A stretch of 64,000 bases of DNA from the NCBI RefSeq assembly GCF_041802885.1, contig NZ_JBHCHN010000021.1, forward strand, positions 1,061-65,060, written 5' to 3'. The translations under genes and the position numbers were made by a program. The notes under the pieces are model-generated. The model saw only the letters and a list, made by a program, of their open reading frames with translations. It had not been told where the DNA came from and made no database searches. Positions 31,831 through 44,022 of this stretch are shown here, in pieces. The stretch comes from Streptococcus sp. (GTDB lineage: Bacteria > Bacillota > Bacilli > Lactobacillales > Streptococcaceae). Within the stretch, counting starts at the first letter, position 1, and every line of letters begins with the position of its first letter.

Positions 31831-32532
31831 ATGGCACTTACAGCATTAGAATTAAAAGACAAGACCTTTAGCACTAAATTTAGAGGCTATAACGCAGAGG
31901 AAGTGGATGATTTCTTGGATATCGTCACTCGTGATTATGAGGACTTGGTTCACAAAAATCATGCTCAGGAAACAGAGATTAAATCCCTCAAGGATCGTCT
32001 CTCTGTCTTTGACGAAATGAAGGAATCCCTGAGCCAGTCTGTTATCTTAGCCCAAGATACGGCTGAAAAGGTTAAACATGCCTCTGAAGACCAGGCCCAC
32101 AACATCTTGAAACAGGCTGAGTACGATGCACAAAATCTTCTCAATGAAGCGAAGGAAAAGGCCAATGCCATTCTTCGGTCTGCAACTGACAATGCTAAGA
32201 GTATTGTTGTGGAGACAGAGGAGTTGAAAAATAAGACTCGACTCTTCCATCAACGTCTAAAATCAACGGTGGAAAGCCAATTGTCTCTAATCAATTCTTC
32301 CGAATGGGAAGATATTCTTCGTCCAACTGCTACTTATCTGCAGACTTCTGATGAAGCCTTCCGTGAGGTCTTGGAAAAAGTCTTAGAGGAAGCTCCTGCT
32401 GAGACATCGGAAGAAGATTTAGAAATCACCCGCCAGTTGACTCCGGAAGAGTTGGAAGAATTGCAGCGGCACACTTCCCAGATGGACTCTTCTTCCCATC
32501 ACGAAGGTGATGAATATCAAGAAACAGAATAA
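31831..32532 (+). CDS. divIVA: DivIVA
   Basis: MALTALELKDKTFSTKFRGYNAEEVDDFLD followed by coiled coil. Confidence 0.96.
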   Translation: MALTALELKDKTFSTKFRGYNAEEVDDFLDIVTRDYEDLVHKNHAQETEIKSLKDRLSVFDEMKESLSQSVILAQDTAEKVKHASEDQAHNILKQAEYDAQNLLNEAKEKANAILRSATDNAKSIVVETEELKNKTRLFHQRLKSTVESQLSLINSSEWEDILRPTATYLQTSDEAFREVLEKVLEEAPAETSEEDLEITRQLTPEELEELQRHTSQMDSSSHHEGDEYQETE

Positions 32533-32569
32533 AAACCCAAGAGCAAAAAATGCTTTAGATATGATATTT

Positions 32570-32757
32570 TTAGCGAGTAGGTGACGGTGGAAGACCTGCA
32601 ATTCCTCAATCTTTGGCTATCGTTTTGCTGGTTTTTTCCTGAAATATAGTAGGGGAAAACGTATGGCTCTCGTTACGAGCCGCAGAGGGACAGGGGAAAC
32701 TCTGTCTAAATTAAGGTGGTACCACGAACTTTCGTCCTTTCTGGCGGAAGTTTTTTT
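32570..32757 (+). ncRNA. T-box riboswitch (Ile)
   Basis: T-box AATTAAGGTGGTACCACG at 32709-32726, stem I AGCGAG...GGTGGAAG, terminator with U-tract ending at 32757; upstream of ileS. Confidence 0.88.
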
Positions 32758-32764
32758 ATGTATT

Positions 32765-33208
32765 ATGATTAAATTAAAAATGGTTGATGAGACAACTTTT
32801 GATCAAGTCATCGAGCTGTCTCTTGCAGAACAAGATAAGCGCCGCGTCGCTTCTAATGTTTATTCTCTAGCCCAGGCCTGGCTCCTGCGGGAGAAACATC
32901 AAGTCTTCCCCCATGCCATTATCAGTGGGGAGACAGTGGTTGGTTTTCTTCTTTTGACCAAGGATAGGGACAAGAAGGAGTATTATGTCTGGCGTTTGAT
33001 GATTGATCAGAATTATCAAAATCGGGGCTATGGCAAGGAAGCGATGAGATTGGTGATTCAAATAGCGCAAGCTGACCCAGAATGTCACCGCCTACGAGTG
33101 GCTTATGTCATGGGCAATCATCGGATGCGCGGTATCTTGGACAGTTTAGAATTTAAGAGTAGTGGGCCATCAGGAAATGAAATCGTGATGACCTTAGATG
33201 TAAAATAG
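32765..33208 (+). CDS. GNAT N-acetyltransferase (BltD/SpeG-like)
   Basis: VWRLMIDQNYQNRGYGKEAM acetyl-CoA-binding motif A; no strong SD, so the start is uncertain. Confidence 0.8.
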   Translation: MIKLKMVDETTFDQVIELSLAEQDKRRVASNVYSLAQAWLLREKHQVFPHAIISGETVVGFLLLTKDRDKKEYYVWRLMIDQNYQNRGYGKEAMRLVIQIAQADPECHRLRVAYVMGNHRMRGILDSLEFKSSGPSGNEIVMTLDVK

Positions 33209-33220
33209 TTAGGAGAAAAA

Positions 33221-36019
33221 ATGAAACTCAAAGAAACCCTCAATTTAGGAAAAACAGCCTTTCCAATGCGTGCTGGCCTTCCAAACAAGGAACCTCAGTG
33301 GCAGAAGGAATGGGATGAAGCAGACCTCTATGCTAGACGTCAGGAACTAAATGCTGGCAAGCCTGCCTTCCATCTCCATGATGGCCCTCCCTATGCCAAT
33401 GGAAATATCCATGTAGGCCACGCCCTCAACAAGATTTCTAAGGACATCATTGTCCGTTCGAAGTCTATGTCAGGTTTCCGTGCCCCATATGTCCCAGGTT
33501 GGGATACCCATGGTCTGCCTATTGAACAGGTTTTGGCCAAACAAGGGGTCAAGCGCAAGGAATTGGACCGGGCTACCTATCTGAAGATGTGCCGGGATTA
33601 TGCCCTTTCTCAGGTGGATAAGCAGCGTGAGGATTTCAAGCGTCTAGGCGTTTCAGGTGACTGGGAAAATCCTTATGTGACCCTCTATCCTGAGTTTGAA
33701 GCAGCTCAAATCCGTGTCTTTGGAGCCATGGCAGACAAGGGCTATATCTACCGTGGTGCCAAGCCAGTTTACTGGTCCTGGTCTTCTGAATCAGCCCTCG
33801 CTGAGGCTGAAATCGAATACCATGATATTGACTCCACTTCTCTCTACTATGCCAACAAGGTTAAGGATGGCAAGGGAGTCCTAGACACAGACAGCTATAT
33901 CGTCGTCTGGACCACAACCCCCTTCACCATCACTGCTTCTCGTGGTTTGACCGTTGGTGCGGAGATGGATTATGTGGCGGTACAGGTTCCTGGCTCTGAC
34001 CGCAAATACATTTTTGCTGAAGCCCTACTGGATACCCTAGCTCCTAAGTTTGGTTGGGAAAGTTTTGAGATTGTTGCCAAGTATAAAGGGGCTGATTTGG
34101 AGCATATTGTGACCGAGCACCCTTGGGATAGCCATGTGGATGAGTTGGTCATCCTGGGTGACCATGTCACGACTGAATCTGGTACAGGGATTGTCCATAC
34201 AGCCCCAGGTTTTGGTGAGGATGACTACAATGTCGGTATCCAGTACAATCTGGAAGTAGCAGTGACAGTGGACAGTCGCGGTTTCATGAATGAGGCAGCT
34301 GGTCCTGATTTTGAAGGACAATTCTATGACAAGGTCCTGCCAACTGTTCTTGAAAAATTGGGTGACTTGTTGTTGGCCAAGGAAGTCATCAATCACTCCT
34401 ACCCATTTGACTGGCGGACCAAGAAGCCAATCATCTGGCGGGCTGTTCCCCAATGGTTTGCCTCCGTTTCCAAATTCCGTCAGGAAATCCTGGATGAGAT
34501 TGACAATACCAAGTTCTACCCATCATGGGGCCATACCCGCCTCTACAATATGATTCGAGATCGTGGTGACTGGGTTATCTCCCGTCAGCGTATCTGGGGT
34601 GTTCCTCTGCCAATCTTCTATGCAGAGGATGGCACAGCCATTATGACTAAGGAAGTGACGGACCATGTGGCCAATCTCTTTGAAAAAGAAGGTTCCATCA
34701 TCTGGTGGGAACGTGATGCCAAAGACCTTTTGCCAGCAGGTTTCAGCCATCCAGGTTCGCCAAATGGCCTCTTTGAAAAAGAAACGGACATCATGGATGT
34801 TTGGTTTGACTCAGGTTCTTCTTGGAATGGGGTCATGAATGCCCGTGAGAATTTGGCCTATCCAGCTGATTTGTACCTGGAAGGATCAGACCAGTACCGC
34901 GGATGGTTTAACTCATCGCTGATTACTTCTGTTGCAGTCAATGGCCATGCCCCTTACAAGGCTGTTCTGTCTCAAGGCTTTGTCTTGGATGGCAAGGGTG
35001 AAAAAATGTCCAAATCCAAGGGCAATATCATTTCGCCAAATGATGTGGCCAAGCAATACGGTGCTGAAATCCTGCGCCTTTGGGTTGCTTCAGTGGATAC
35101 TGATAACGATGTCCGGGTTTCAATGGATATCCTGGGACAGGTATCTGAAACCTACCGCAAAATCCGCAATACCCTGCGTTTCTTGATTGCCAATACATCT
35201 GATTTCAACCCTGAAGTCCATGCAGTGGCATACGCAGACCTGCGTCCAGTAGACAAGTATATGACCATCAAGTTCAATAGTTTGGTCAAAACCATCCGGG
35301 ATGCCTATGACAACTATGATTTCTTAGGTATCTATAAGGCCGTTGTCAACTTTATCACTGTTGATTTGTCAGCCTTTTATCTGGACTTTGCCAAGGATGT
35401 GGTGTATATCGAGGCTGAAAATGCCCTGGCCCGCCGTCAGATGCAGACAGTCTTCTACGATATCCTGGTCAAGATTACCAAACTCTTGACACCAATTATC
35501 CCCCACACTGCTGAGGAAATCTGGTCCTATCTCGAATGTGAGGCGGAAGATTTTGTCCAACTTGCTGACCTACCTGAGGCTAAAGTTTTCCCTGACCAAG
35601 ATGCGATTCTGGAGCAGTGGGAGGAGTTTATGGCCCTTCGTACCAAGGCTCAAAAAGCCCTGGAAGAAGCCCGCAATGAGAAAATCATTGGGAAGTCTTT
35701 GGAGGCTCACTTGACCATCTACGTATCTGAGCCTGTTTCAGCTCTCCTGGCTAGTCTTGACAGTGACCTTGCCCAGCTCTTGATTGTGTCTCAACTGACC
35801 ATCACAGAAGAAGCTGCTCCTGCCCATGCCCTTGTCTTGGATGGAGTTGCCTTTGTAGTGGAACATGCTAGTGGTCAGGTTTGTGAGCGTTGCCGCCGCA
35901 TTGATGAGACCGTCAAAGACCGTCCATACCATGCCTTTGTCTGCGACCACTGTGCAGATATCCTTGAAGCAAACTTTGCAGCAGCTGTTGCTGAAGGCTT
36001 CGAAAGCAATGCAAAATAA
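33221..36019 (+). CDS. ileS: Isoleucine-tRNA ligase
   Basis: [21 protein letters not shown]-terminal Zn motif CERC...CDHC. Confidence 0.99.
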   Translation: MKLKETLNLGKTAFPMRAGLPNKEPQWQKEWDEADLYARRQELNAGKPAFHLHDGPPYANGNIHVGHALNKISKDIIVRSKSMSGFRAPYVPGWDTHGLPIEQVLAKQGVKRKELDRATYLKMCRDYALSQVDKQREDFKRLGVSGDWENPYVTLYPEFEAAQIRVFGAMADKGYIYRGAKPVYWSWSSESALAEAEIEYHDIDSTSLYYANKVKDGKGVLDTDSYIVVWTTTPFTITASRGLTVGAEMDYVAVQVPGSDRKYIFAEALLDTLAPKFGWESFEIVAKYKGADLEHIVTEHPWDSHVDELVILGDHVTTESGTGIVHTAPGFGEDDYNVGIQYNLEVAVTVDSRGFMNEAAGPDFEGQFYDKVLPTVLEKLGDLLLAKEVINHSYPFDWRTKKPIIWRAVPQWFASVSKFRQEILDEIDNTKFYPSWGHTRLYNMIRDRGDWVISRQRIWGVPLPIFYAEDGTAIMTKEVTDHVANLFEKEGSIIWWERDAKDLLPAGFSHPGSPNGLFEKETDIMDVWFDSGSSWNGVMNARENLAYPADLYLEGSDQYRGWFNSSLITSVAVNGHAPYKAVLSQGFVLDGKGEKMSKSKGNIISPNDVAKQYGAEILRLWVASVDTDNDVRVSMDILGQVSETYRKIRNTLRFLIANTSDFNPEVHAVAYADLRPVDKYMTIKFNSLVKTIRDAYDNYDFLGIYKAVVNFITVDLSAFYLDFAKDVVYIEAENALARRQMQTVFYDILVKITKLLTPIIPHTAEEIWSYLECEAEDFVQLADLPEAKVFPDQDAILEQWEEFMALRTKAQKALEEARNEKIIGKSLEAHLTIYVSEPVSALLASLDSDLAQLLIVSQLTITEEAAPAHALVLDGVAFVVEHASGQVCERCRRIDETVKDRPYHAFVCDHCADILEANFAAAVAEGFESNAK

Positions 36020-36043
36020 GGGGCTTTGAATTTCAAAAACAGT

Positions 36044-36072
36044 AACCGACCTGGAAACCAGGTCGGTTTTTT
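36044..36072 (+). terminator. Rho-independent terminator after ileS
   Basis: AACCGACCTGG-AAA-CCAGGTCGGTT followed by a T-run. Confidence 0.85.
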
Positions 36073-36124
36073 AAAGATAAATTGCAAAAAAAGAGCAAGC
36101 CACGGCTTACTCTTACTTATTACT

Positions 36125-36427
36125 TTATTGCTCTATTGGAATTGACATTTCAATCAAGCGTTCGGTGTGGATGGTTTGGATTTTTTCAGGATTGATAGAA
36201 TTTGTATCTATTTTGCGTTTGAGGAAAAAATCTCGGATACCTTCAATCTCTCTTGGTAAAACAGCTCTGTATTTGTTGGTAATCAACAGTTCATAGTGAA
36301 GTGGAGCCTGGGTGAAAATCACATCGGTATTTCCAGCTGAATAAGTCTCCACTAAAATAGCATCGGTATTCTCTAATTGGCTTTGGACGAGATTTAGGTG
36401 GCTGTTGGTCGTATTGATTAATTTCAT
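36125..36427 (-). CDS. DUF1827 family protein
   Basis: MKLINTTNSH N-terminus; synteny with Nudix-clpE. Confidence 0.8.
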   Translation of the reverse strand: MKLINTTNSHLNLVQSQLENTDAILVETYSAGNTDVIFTQAPLHYELLITNKYRAVLPREIEGIRDFFLKRKIDTNSINPEKIQTIHTERLIEMSIPIEQ

Positions 36428-36486
36428 GCTAGACCTCCTCTTATTTGGATTTATTATAGCACGCTTATGTTGATTTTTCTAGCTTT

Positions 36487-36936
36487 TTACACATTTTTTC
36501 TATTTTTCCATTGCTCAATGCCCCATTTGTGACTGCCTCGTTTGAGTTTTTCAATAGCGTGATCAACAGGGAACCAGGCAAGGTTGTTGAAATCTTCCAA
36601 GGGTTGTCCAATTTCTGTGTAGCTGGTGACTTCGTAAAGATAGGCAGGATTGTAGTAGTGGGTATCTCGGTGGCGGGAATAGAAATATTCATCTGCCTGT
36701 CCATAGTACTGACCAATGGTGGCTGTAAAACCTAATTCTTCAAGGAGTTCTCGCTCTAGGGCTGCCAGATGATTTTCACCTGCCTCAATTTCACCACCTG
36801 GTAAAAACCAGGCTCCATTGGGAGCTTGGACGAGGATGATTTCTGTTTGTTCAGGATTAGGAATGACAGCATAGACTCCGTATCGGGCCTGATAGTCTTC
36901 TCCCTCAACCTTTTCTCCGAAAACTGGAATTGTCAT
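36487..36936 (-). CDS. NUDIX hydrolase (MutT-like)
   Basis: LPGGEIEAGE...LERELLEELG Nudix box. Confidence 0.9.
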   Translation of the reverse strand: MTIPVFGEKVEGEDYQARYGVYAVIPNPEQTEIILVQAPNGAWFLPGGEIEAGENHLAALERELLEELGFTATIGQYYGQADEYFYSRHRDTHYYNPAYLYEVTSYTEIGQPLEDFNNLAWFPVDHAIEKLKRGSHKWGIEQWKNRKNV

Positions 36937-37036
36937 AAGCACGACCTTCTTTATTGATTAGTCCTATTATACTAAAAATAATATGAAAATTCTACCCCAT
37001 AAATCTTAAAACTAGCTTAAAAGTCAGTTTTAGGAT

Positions 37037-39277
37037 TTAATGTGATGTTTCGCCCTTTTCCTTGTGCGCGGATTTGACGATAATTCGACCGTTTGAGGTC
37101 ATAACTGCTCGGAGCTCTTTGTCGCTCGGATGTTCCAAATAATAATCGGTGATGGCATCTTCGATTTGATCTTGGATAATACGACGTAGTGGGCGAGCAC
37201 CCATCTTTGGATCGTAGCCTAGGTCCACCAATTTTTCCTTGACCTTGTCAGTCACATGGATGTGGATGCCGTTGCTGGAGAGTCGTGCATTGACATCGTC
37301 CAACATGAGGTCCACAATCTTGAGGAGATGACTCTTATCTAAAGCCTTAAATTCGATAATACCGTCAAAACGGTTCATAAATTCAGGGCTGAAGAAGTCG
37401 CCAAGTTGGCCAAGGACTGACTGGGTCCGTCCTTCCATGGCTGCTCCAAAGCCAACAGAGGCTTCAGTTTTGCCGGTGCCAGCGTTGGAAGTCATGATGA
37501 TGATGGCATCTTTGAAGCTGACAGTACGGCCTTGTCCATCTGTTAGGCGGCCATCATCCAGGACCTGCAAGAACATGTGCATGACATCAGGATGGGCTTT
37601 TTCAACCTCATCTAGGAGGATGAGGGAGTATGGATTGCGGCGGACTTTTTCAGTTAACTGTCCAGCCTCTTCATAGCCGACGTAGCCTGGAGGGGCGCCG
37701 ACTAGCTTGGCCACGCTGTGTTTTTCCATGTACTCGGACATATCAAAGCGAATCATGCTATCGGCTGAGCCAAAGAGCTCGATGGCTAATTGTTTGGAGA
37801 GTTCGGTCTTACCGACCCCAGTTGGTCCGACAAAGAGGAAGCTGCCGATAGGGCGATTTGGGGCACCCAGTCCGACACGGTTACGGCGGATGGCCTTGGC
37901 AATCTTATCTACGGCCTCGTCTTGACCAATGACATGGGCCTTGAGGTCATCAGCCAGGTTGATGAGCTGAGACTGCTCTTTTTCTTTGAGCTCGCCTACA
38001 GGAATATTGGTTTTTTGCTCGATGATGGCCTCGATTTCTTTCTCAGTGATGAGGGGAATATCTTCTTCATTGAGACTGGTCTTTTGCATTTCCTTATACT
38101 TGGCAATCTGATCACGGTAGTAGGCTGCTTTTTCGTAGTCTTCATCACGGGTAGCCTGAGCCTTGCGGTTTTCAGCATCTACCAATCGTTGATCAAGCTC
38201 TTTTGGATCGATGAAGTTGAGGGTTAAATTCATCTTAGAGCCGGATTCATCCAACAGGTCAATGGCCTTGTCTGGTAGGAATCGGTCTTGGATGTAGCGA
38301 TTAGAGAGGACGGCAGCAGCTTCGATGGCTGCATCTGTATAGCGGACATGGTGGTAGTCTTGGTACTTGTTCTGAATGCCTTTGAGGATGGTAATGGTTT
38401 CTTCCACTGAAGGCTCATCCACTCGGACAGGCTGCATGCGCCGTTCAAGTGCTGCATCTTTCTCAATGATGCGGTATTCGTTGAGAGTGGTAGCGCCAAC
38501 CATCTGGAGTTCACCTCTGGCCAGGGCTGGCTTGAGGATATTTCCAGCATCCATATTGCCATCGCCAGCTGCGCCAGCACCAACGATTTCATGGATTTCA
38601 TCGATAAAGAGGATGACTTCCTTGCGGTTGCGGATTTCCTCCATCAGTTTTTGCATGCGTTCTTCAAATTGACCGCGAATACCTGTTCCTTGTACTAGGC
38701 TGACAACATCCAGGCGGATGACTTCTTTACCTTGGAGTTTTTGAGGAACCGTTCCGTCGACAATCTTTTGCGCCAGACCTTCTACAACGGCTGTTTTACC
38801 AACCCCAGGTTCCCCAATCAGGACAGGGTTGTTTTTGGTCCGTCGGTTGAGGATTTCGATGACTCGAGTGATTTCTTCATCGCGGCCGATGACAGGGTCA
38901 ATGTTGCCTTGGCGGGCAATTTCTGTGATATTGATACCAAATTCTTCTAGCAAACCGTTGGCTTGTTGAGGCTGTTGTGGCGGCTGTTGGAAGCCTCCTC
39001 CGCCATTGCGCCCAGCCTGGGTAGGTGGTGTTTGATCGGGCTGGCGTCCAGCAGGTGTTTTGCCAGGATAGCCCCCAATGTTATTGAAAAATTCGCTGAA
39101 AGGGTCCATGTCATTGGGATTTCCCAAATCGCCTAGGCCCTTCAAAATGGCGTTATTAGGATCAGTTTTCATGATTTGATAGCAGTTGTGGCAGAGATCC
39201 ACTTGCTGTTGTTTTCCATTGAGATTTGTATAGAGATGAATGGTTGCATCGTTGATTTTACAGTTTTGACAAAGCAT
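37037..39277 (-). CDS. clpE: ATP-dependent Clp protease ATP-binding subunit ClpE
   Basis: Zn-finger MLCQNC, two Walker A motifs ([16 protein letters not shown]). The start reads as CAT at 39275-39277 on +, so the gene is on the minus strand; the ORF track + label is wrong. Confidence 0.97.
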   Translation of the reverse strand: MLCQNCKINDATIHLYTNLNGKQQQVDLCHNCYQIMKTDPNNAILKGLGDLGNPNDMDPFSEFFNNIGGYPGKTPAGRQPDQTPPTQAGRNGGGGFQQPPQQPQQANGLLEEFGINITEIARQGNIDPVIGRDEEITRVIEILNRRTKNNPVLIGEPGVGKTAVVEGLAQKIVDGTVPQKLQGKEVIRLDVVSLVQGTGIRGQFEERMQKLMEEIRNRKEVILFIDEIHEIVGAGAAGDGNMDAGNILKPALARGELQMVGATTLNEYRIIEKDAALERRMQPVRVDEPSVEETITILKGIQNKYQDYHHVRYTDAAIEAAAVLSNRYIQDRFLPDKAIDLLDESGSKMNLTLNFIDPKELDQRLVDAENRKAQATRDEDYEKAAYYRDQIAKYKEMQKTSLNEEDIPLITEKEIEAIIEQKTNIPVGELKEKEQSQLINLADDLKAHVIGQDEAVDKIAKAIRRNRVGLGAPNRPIGSFLFVGPTGVGKTELSKQLAIELFGSADSMIRFDMSEYMEKHSVAKLVGAPPGYVGYEEAGQLTEKVRRNPYSLILLDEVEKAHPDVMHMFLQVLDDGRLTDGQGRTVSFKDAIIIMTSNAGTGKTEASVGFGAAMEGRTQSVLGQLGDFFSPEFMNRFDGIIEFKALDKSHLLKIVDLMLDDVNARLSSNGIHIHVTDKVKEKLVDLGYDPKMGARPLRRIIQDQIEDAITDYYLEHPSDKELRAVMTSNGRIIVKSAHKEKGETSH

Positions 39278-39310
39278 GGCAATACCTCTTTCTATAAAGT
39301 ACCTTTCAAT

Positions 39311-39327
39311 GGTCAGAAAAGGTCAGA
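39311..39327. promoter_or_regulatory. CtsR operator
   Basis: GGTCAGA-AAA-GGTCAGA direct heptad repeat upstream of clpE. Confidence 0.8.
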
Positions 39328-39492
39328 TATATGTTCATTATACCAATATTCCGGAAAAATGCAAGAATCTGACCCGATTTGGAGGGATTTTTTGTAAAAA
39401 TATACTGATGAATCTGGAAACCTAGCTTTTATGGAAGACATATTAGGTAAAATATGGTAAAATAAACCTATAAAACGAATAGGAGAAGGAAC

Positions 39493-39723
39493 ATGGAATC
39501 ACATTTGGTGAGAATAATCAACCGTTTGGAAGCTATGGCAACTGACGGCGGTACTCTTAAACGTAATTTCGAACGTGATGGTGTTGTGGTAGCAGAAGTT
39601 GCATACAATCATGATGAAGAAAACGGTTCTGTATTTACTTTGCGTGATGTCGCTGCTCGGGAAACCTACACTTTTGACAGTATTGACCTGATTGCGATGG
39701 AAATCTACGAATTGTTGTACTAG
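39493..39723 (+). CDS. DUF1797 family protein
   Basis: MESHLVRIINRLEAM; FDSIDLIAMEIYELL. Confidence 0.85.
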   Translation: MESHLVRIINRLEAMATDGGTLKRNFERDGVVVAEVAYNHDEENGSVFTLRDVAARETYTFDSIDLIAMEIYELLY

Positions 39724-39838
39724 GATGAAAGAGACACATTAGTGTCTTTTTTGTTTTGTATAAAACTTCCATTGTTCTTGTATGATTATTCAAATTGTGG
39801 TACAATATCACTTTAAATGATAAAAACGGAGTAAACAA

Positions 39839-40528
39839 ATGAATTTTTCTTTCTTGCCCAAGTATTGGCCTTACTTTAATTACGGGGCTGTCGTAACCCT
39901 CATAGTGGCCCTTTGTGTGGTGATTCTTGGCAGTATTCTGGGTGTCTTGATTGCTTTTGCACAGCGCAGTAAGTTTCGCCCCTTGGTCTGGTTGGCTAAA
40001 ATTTATGTCTGGATTTTCCGGGGTACGCCGATGGTGGTGCAAATCATGATCGCCTTTGCCATGATGCACATTGTAGCACCGACTTTCCGAATCGGGATTT
40101 TGACAGTGGACATGACTCGTTTGATTCCGGGAATTATTATTATCGGGATGAACTCGGGCGCTTATGTCAGCGAGACCGTCCGAGCTGGGATCAATGCGGT
40201 TCCAAAAGGGCAGCTGGAAGCAGCCTATTCTCTAGGGATTCGGCCGAGAGAAGCCATGCGCTATGTCGTTATGCCACAAGCTATCAAGAATATTTTACCG
40301 GCCCTGGGGAATGAGTTTGTGACGATTGTCAAGGATAGCTCTCTCTTGTCTACAATCGGTGTGATGGAGCTGTGGAATGGGGCGACAACTGTTTCCTCTA
40401 CTACCTACATTACTTTGGAGCCTCTCTTATTTGCGGCTGCCTACTATCTCTTGATGACCAGTGTCTTGACACTTGCCATTCAAGCCTATGAGAAAAAATT
40501 GAACAAGGGAGGAAAGACGGGTGTCTGA
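39839..40528 (+). CDS. Polar amino acid ABC transporter permease
   Basis: [28 protein letters not shown]. Confidence 0.93.
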   Translation: MNFSFLPKYWPYFNYGAVVTLIVALCVVILGSILGVLIAFAQRSKFRPLVWLAKIYVWIFRGTPMVVQIMIAFAMMHIVAPTFRIGILTVDMTRLIPGIIIIGMNSGAYVSETVRAGINAVPKGQLEAAYSLGIRPREAMRYVVMPQAIKNILPALGNEFVTIVKDSSLLSTIGVMELWNGATTVSSTTYITLEPLLFAAAYYLLMTSVLTLAIQAYEKKLNKGGKTGV

Positions 40529-41255
40529 GGCGATTATTTCCATTAAGAATTTACACAAGTATTTTGGGGACAATGAGGTTTTAAAGGGTATTGACCTAGA
40601 AATTGAGCAGGGAGAAGTTGTGGTGATTATCGGTCCGTCAGGGTCTGGTAAATCCACCTTCCTGCGGACCATGAACCTTCTGGAGGAACCAACCATGGGT
40701 GTGGTGACCTTTGAAGGAGTGGACATTACTGATAAGAAAAATGACATCTTCAAGATGCGGGAAAAGATGGGCATGGTCTTCCAGCAATTCAATCTCTTCC
40801 CCAATATGTCTGTTTTAGACAATATTACCCTATCTCCCATCAAAACCAAGGGCCAATCAAAGGCTGAAGCTGAAGACAAGGCGCGGGATTTGTTGGTCAA
40901 GGTAGGCCTGCCTGATAAGGCAGATGCCTATCCTCAGAGCTTATCAGGTGGACAGCAGCAGCGGATTGCCATTGCCCGTGGCTTGGCAATGGACCCAGAT
41001 GTTCTCCTCTTTGATGAGCCAACTTCGGCTCTGGATCCTGAGATGGTTGGGGAAGTTCTAGCCGTTATGCAGGATTTGGCCAAGTCTGGTATGACCATGG
41101 TCATTGTAACCCACGAAATGGGCTTTGCCCGTGAGGTAGCAGACCGGGTCATCTTCATGGATGGCGGTGTCATTGTGGAGCAGGGTTCACCTGAACAAGT
41201 TTTTGAAGCAACCAAAGAAGACCGGACCAAGGATTTCTTGAGTAAGGTTCTATAA
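40521..41255 (+). CDS. Polar amino acid ABC transporter ATPase (GlnQ-like)
   Basis: [28 protein letters not shown]. Confidence 0.95.
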   Translation: MSEAIISIKNLHKYFGDNEVLKGIDLEIEQGEVVVIIGPSGSGKSTFLRTMNLLEEPTMGVVTFEGVDITDKKNDIFKMREKMGMVFQQFNLFPNMSVLDNITLSPIKTKGQSKAEAEDKARDLLVKVGLPDKADAYPQSLSGGQQQRIAIARGLAMDPDVLLFDEPTSALDPEMVGEVLAVMQDLAKSGMTMVIVTHEMGFAREVADRVIFMDGGVIVEQGSPEQVFEATKEDRTKDFLSKVL

Positions 41256-41386
41256 GGGAAAAGATGGACTTTGGTCCGTCTTTTTTTATGTCCACATTTT
41301 CGGATAGGATTGGACCTGGTGGAGGGGATATGCTATACTAGAATTGTCTGAAAACAAGAGAAACATTAAAAAGAAAGGCTGCTATC

Positions 41387-41863
41387 ATGAGATTGTTGGA
41401 TGCTCCCTTGGAGTCGATCTATCAGATCCTTAGCATTGATTTGCCGGAGGAAAGCCAGAGGCATTTATCCAATCTGGGCTTGAAACCTGGAGTCAACTTA
41501 AAATTTATTTCAAAAACAGCAACTGGCGGGATTGTGATGGTAAAATCCACGCGTTTAGCCTTTGACCGCTCCATCTTGCAGCAAATCGATGTAATCGAGG
41601 CAGGTGGCCAGGAAACCTCCATCCCATTATCAAGCTTGAAGGTGGGAGAGTTTGCCTATGTAGAGGGGATTTATGCGGCTAAGGAAGCCAAGCGACGCCT
41701 GATGGATATGGGTTTGACCCGCCATACCAAGATCTACCTGCGCAAGGTGGCCCCACTCGGTGACCCTATTGAAATTAGTTTAAGGGGATATGAGCTGACC
41801 TTGAGGAAATCCGAAGCTCAGATGATTAGTGTCATCCCTGCAGAAAAAGAGGGAGAGGAATAG
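41387..41863 (+). CDS. feoA: Ferrous iron transport protein A (tandem FeoA domains)
   Basis: LSNLGLKPG and RRLMDMGLT...APLGDP motifs. Confidence 0.9.
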   Translation: MRLLDAPLESIYQILSIDLPEESQRHLSNLGLKPGVNLKFISKTATGGIVMVKSTRLAFDRSILQQIDVIEAGGQETSIPLSSLKVGEFAYVEGIYAAKEAKRRLMDMGLTRHTKIYLRKVAPLGDPIEISLRGYELTLRKSEAQMISVIPAEKEGEE

Positions 41864-41868
41864 AGGAC

Positions 41869-44022
41869 ATGGAGACAGAAATTGCTTTAATTGGAAATCC
41901 AAATAGTGGAAAAACCACCCTTTTTAATCTCTTGACAGGTACCAGCCAGCGGGTGGGGAACTGGCCAGGGGTGACGGTTGAGAGAAAGAGTGGCAAGGTT
42001 CGCAAACTGGCTCAGGTTAATGTGCAGGATTTGCCAGGGATTTATTCTATGTCACCATACAGTCCAGAGGAGAAGGTGGCTAGGGACTATCTCTTGAGCC
42101 ACCATGCGGATAGTATTTTGAATGTGGTTGATGCGACAAATTTGGAGCGAAATCTCTATCTGACCACCCAGTTGATTGAAACAGGAATTCCGGTTACCTT
42201 GGCCTTGAACATGACGGATGTTTTGGCCAGTCAGGGGAAAAGCATTCAGGTGGATAAGTTATCCTATTGGCTGGGAGTGCCTGTTCTGTCCATTTCTGCC
42301 CTAAAAAATCAGGGGGTAGATGAGGCGGTGAAAAAGGCTGCAAAGAGGACACGCAGAAGTGTGGAGGAGCCTAGCTTTCCCCAGTACGATGATCGCTTTG
42401 AGGCAGCTATTGCACAGATTATCGAGGTCCTGGGAAATTCCGTCCCTCAAACCGCAGCACGATTTTATGCCATCAAGTTATTTGAGAGGGACAGCCTGAT
42501 CAAAGAGGAGCTGGATTTATCTCCCTTCCAGAGGTCTGAAGTGGAAGACATTATCCAGATCACAGAGGAGATTTTTACGGAGGATTCCGAGTCCATCGTT
42601 ATCAACCAGCGCTATGCCTTTATCGAAAAAGTCGTCAAAATGGCCCAATCGGAGGATGCTGGTTTCAAGTTTAATCTGTCTGATCGGATTGATATGGTGG
42701 TGACCAACCGCTTTTTGGCCCTACCGATTTTTGCCTTGGTCATGTACCTGGTCTACTTCCTGTCTATTCAGACAGTGGGAACCGTCTGGACGGACTGGGT
42801 CAATGATGTCCTCTTTGGGGAATGGATTCCTAGCTGGGTGGAGACGGCCCTGGATTATCTCCAGGTAGCGGATTGGATGAAGTCTTTGATTCTGGATGGG
42901 ATTGTAGCGGGTCTTGGGGCTGTCCTGGGCTTTCTGCCCCAGATCTTTGTGCTCTTCATTTGCCTGGGAATTTTGGAAGATACGGGCTATATGAGCCGCA
43001 TTGCCTTTGTCATGGACAGGATTTTCAGGCGCTTTGGCCTGTCTGGAAAGTCTTTTATTCCCATGCTGATTGCGACGGGTTGCGGGGTTCCAGCCATTAT
43101 GGCCAGCCGCACCATTGAAAATGAAAGAGACCGAAAGATTACCATTATGACGGCGACCTTCATGCCTTGTTCGGCCAAGCTGGAAATCATTGCCCTGATT
43201 GCAGGGGTTTTCTTCCCTGGGAACCCCTTGGTTGCCCCGTCGGCCTATTTTCTGGGGCTGGCAGCGATTATCCTCTCAGGGATTGCCCTGAAAAAGACCC
43301 GCTTTCTGGGTGGTGCTGCCAGTCCTTTTATCATGGAGCTTCCTGCCTACCATTGGCCTAAGATGCTGACAGTGGTCCATTATGCTACTGGAAAGGCTCT
43401 GAGTTTCCTCAAACGGGCTGGAACAGTCATCTTTAGCTTAATGGTTATCATCTGGTTCCTCTCTTCTTATGACTTGCAGCTCAGGGCAGTGGAGACTGAG
43501 GCCAGTATCTTGGCTACTTTGGGGCAGTCAATGGCCTGGATTTTTGCTCCTCTTGGCTTTGGAAATTGGAAGGCGACGGTGGCTGCGGTGACTGGATTAG
43601 CAGCCAAGGAAACCGTTGTGGCTACCTTTGGAATCCTTTACCATGATTCTAGCAGTGAAGGGTTAGGAAGTCTCTTACAGGCGGATTATTCCCTGCTGTC
43701 AGCCTATTCTTTCTTGGCCTTTAATCTGCTTTGTGCCCCCTGTTTTGCGGCCATCGGCGCTATCAAAAGAGAAATGAATGACCTCAAATGGACCTTGGGA
43801 GCCATTGGGTTCCAGACAGGTCTGGCCTATGTGGTTTGTTTCTTAATCTATCAGTTTGGGCTGGTCCTTTTCTATGGAAAGGCTGTGACAGTTTGGACCT
43901 TGGCAGCGAGTTTGCTACTTGGACTTCTGCTCTACTTTGTCTTGCGAAAACCGAGGACTGTGGAAGATGAAGTGATTGGCTTAGACAATTTGCCCATCTT
44001 GAAAGAAGGAGGGAGACTATGA
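41869..44022 (+). CDS. feoB: Ferrous iron transport protein B
   Basis: GNPNSGKTT, NWPGVTVE, DLPGIYS, GCGVP. Confidence 0.97.
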   Translation: METEIALIGNPNSGKTTLFNLLTGTSQRVGNWPGVTVERKSGKVRKLAQVNVQDLPGIYSMSPYSPEEKVARDYLLSHHADSILNVVDATNLERNLYLTTQLIETGIPVTLALNMTDVLASQGKSIQVDKLSYWLGVPVLSISALKNQGVDEAVKKAAKRTRRSVEEPSFPQYDDRFEAAIAQIIEVLGNSVPQTAARFYAIKLFERDSLIKEELDLSPFQRSEVEDIIQITEEIFTEDSESIVINQRYAFIEKVVKMAQSEDAGFKFNLSDRIDMVVTNRFLALPIFALVMYLVYFLSIQTVGTVWTDWVNDVLFGEWIPSWVETALDYLQVADWMKSLILDGIVAGLGAVLGFLPQIFVLFICLGILEDTGYMSRIAFVMDRIFRRFGLSGKSFIPMLIATGCGVPAIMASRTIENERDRKITIMTATFMPCSAKLEIIALIAGVFFPGNPLVAPSAYFLGLAAIILSGIALKKTRFLGGAASPFIMELPAYHWPKMLTVVHYATGKALSFLKRAGTVIFSLMVIIWFLSSYDLQLRAVETEASILATLGQSMAWIFAPLGFGNWKATVAAVTGLAAKETVVATFGILYHDSSSEGLGSLLQADYSLLSAYSFLAFNLLCAPCFAAIGAIKREMNDLKWTLGAIGFQTGLAYVVCFLIYQFGLVLFYGKAVTVWTLAASLLLGLLLYFVLRKPRTVEDEVIGLDNLPILKEGGRL

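Noticed and set aside
37037-39277. ORF track lists the 746-aa ClpE ORF on the + strand
   Set aside because: The coding sequence reads only on the reverse complement (CAT at 39275-39277), so it is annotated as minus strand. This is a track error, not biology.
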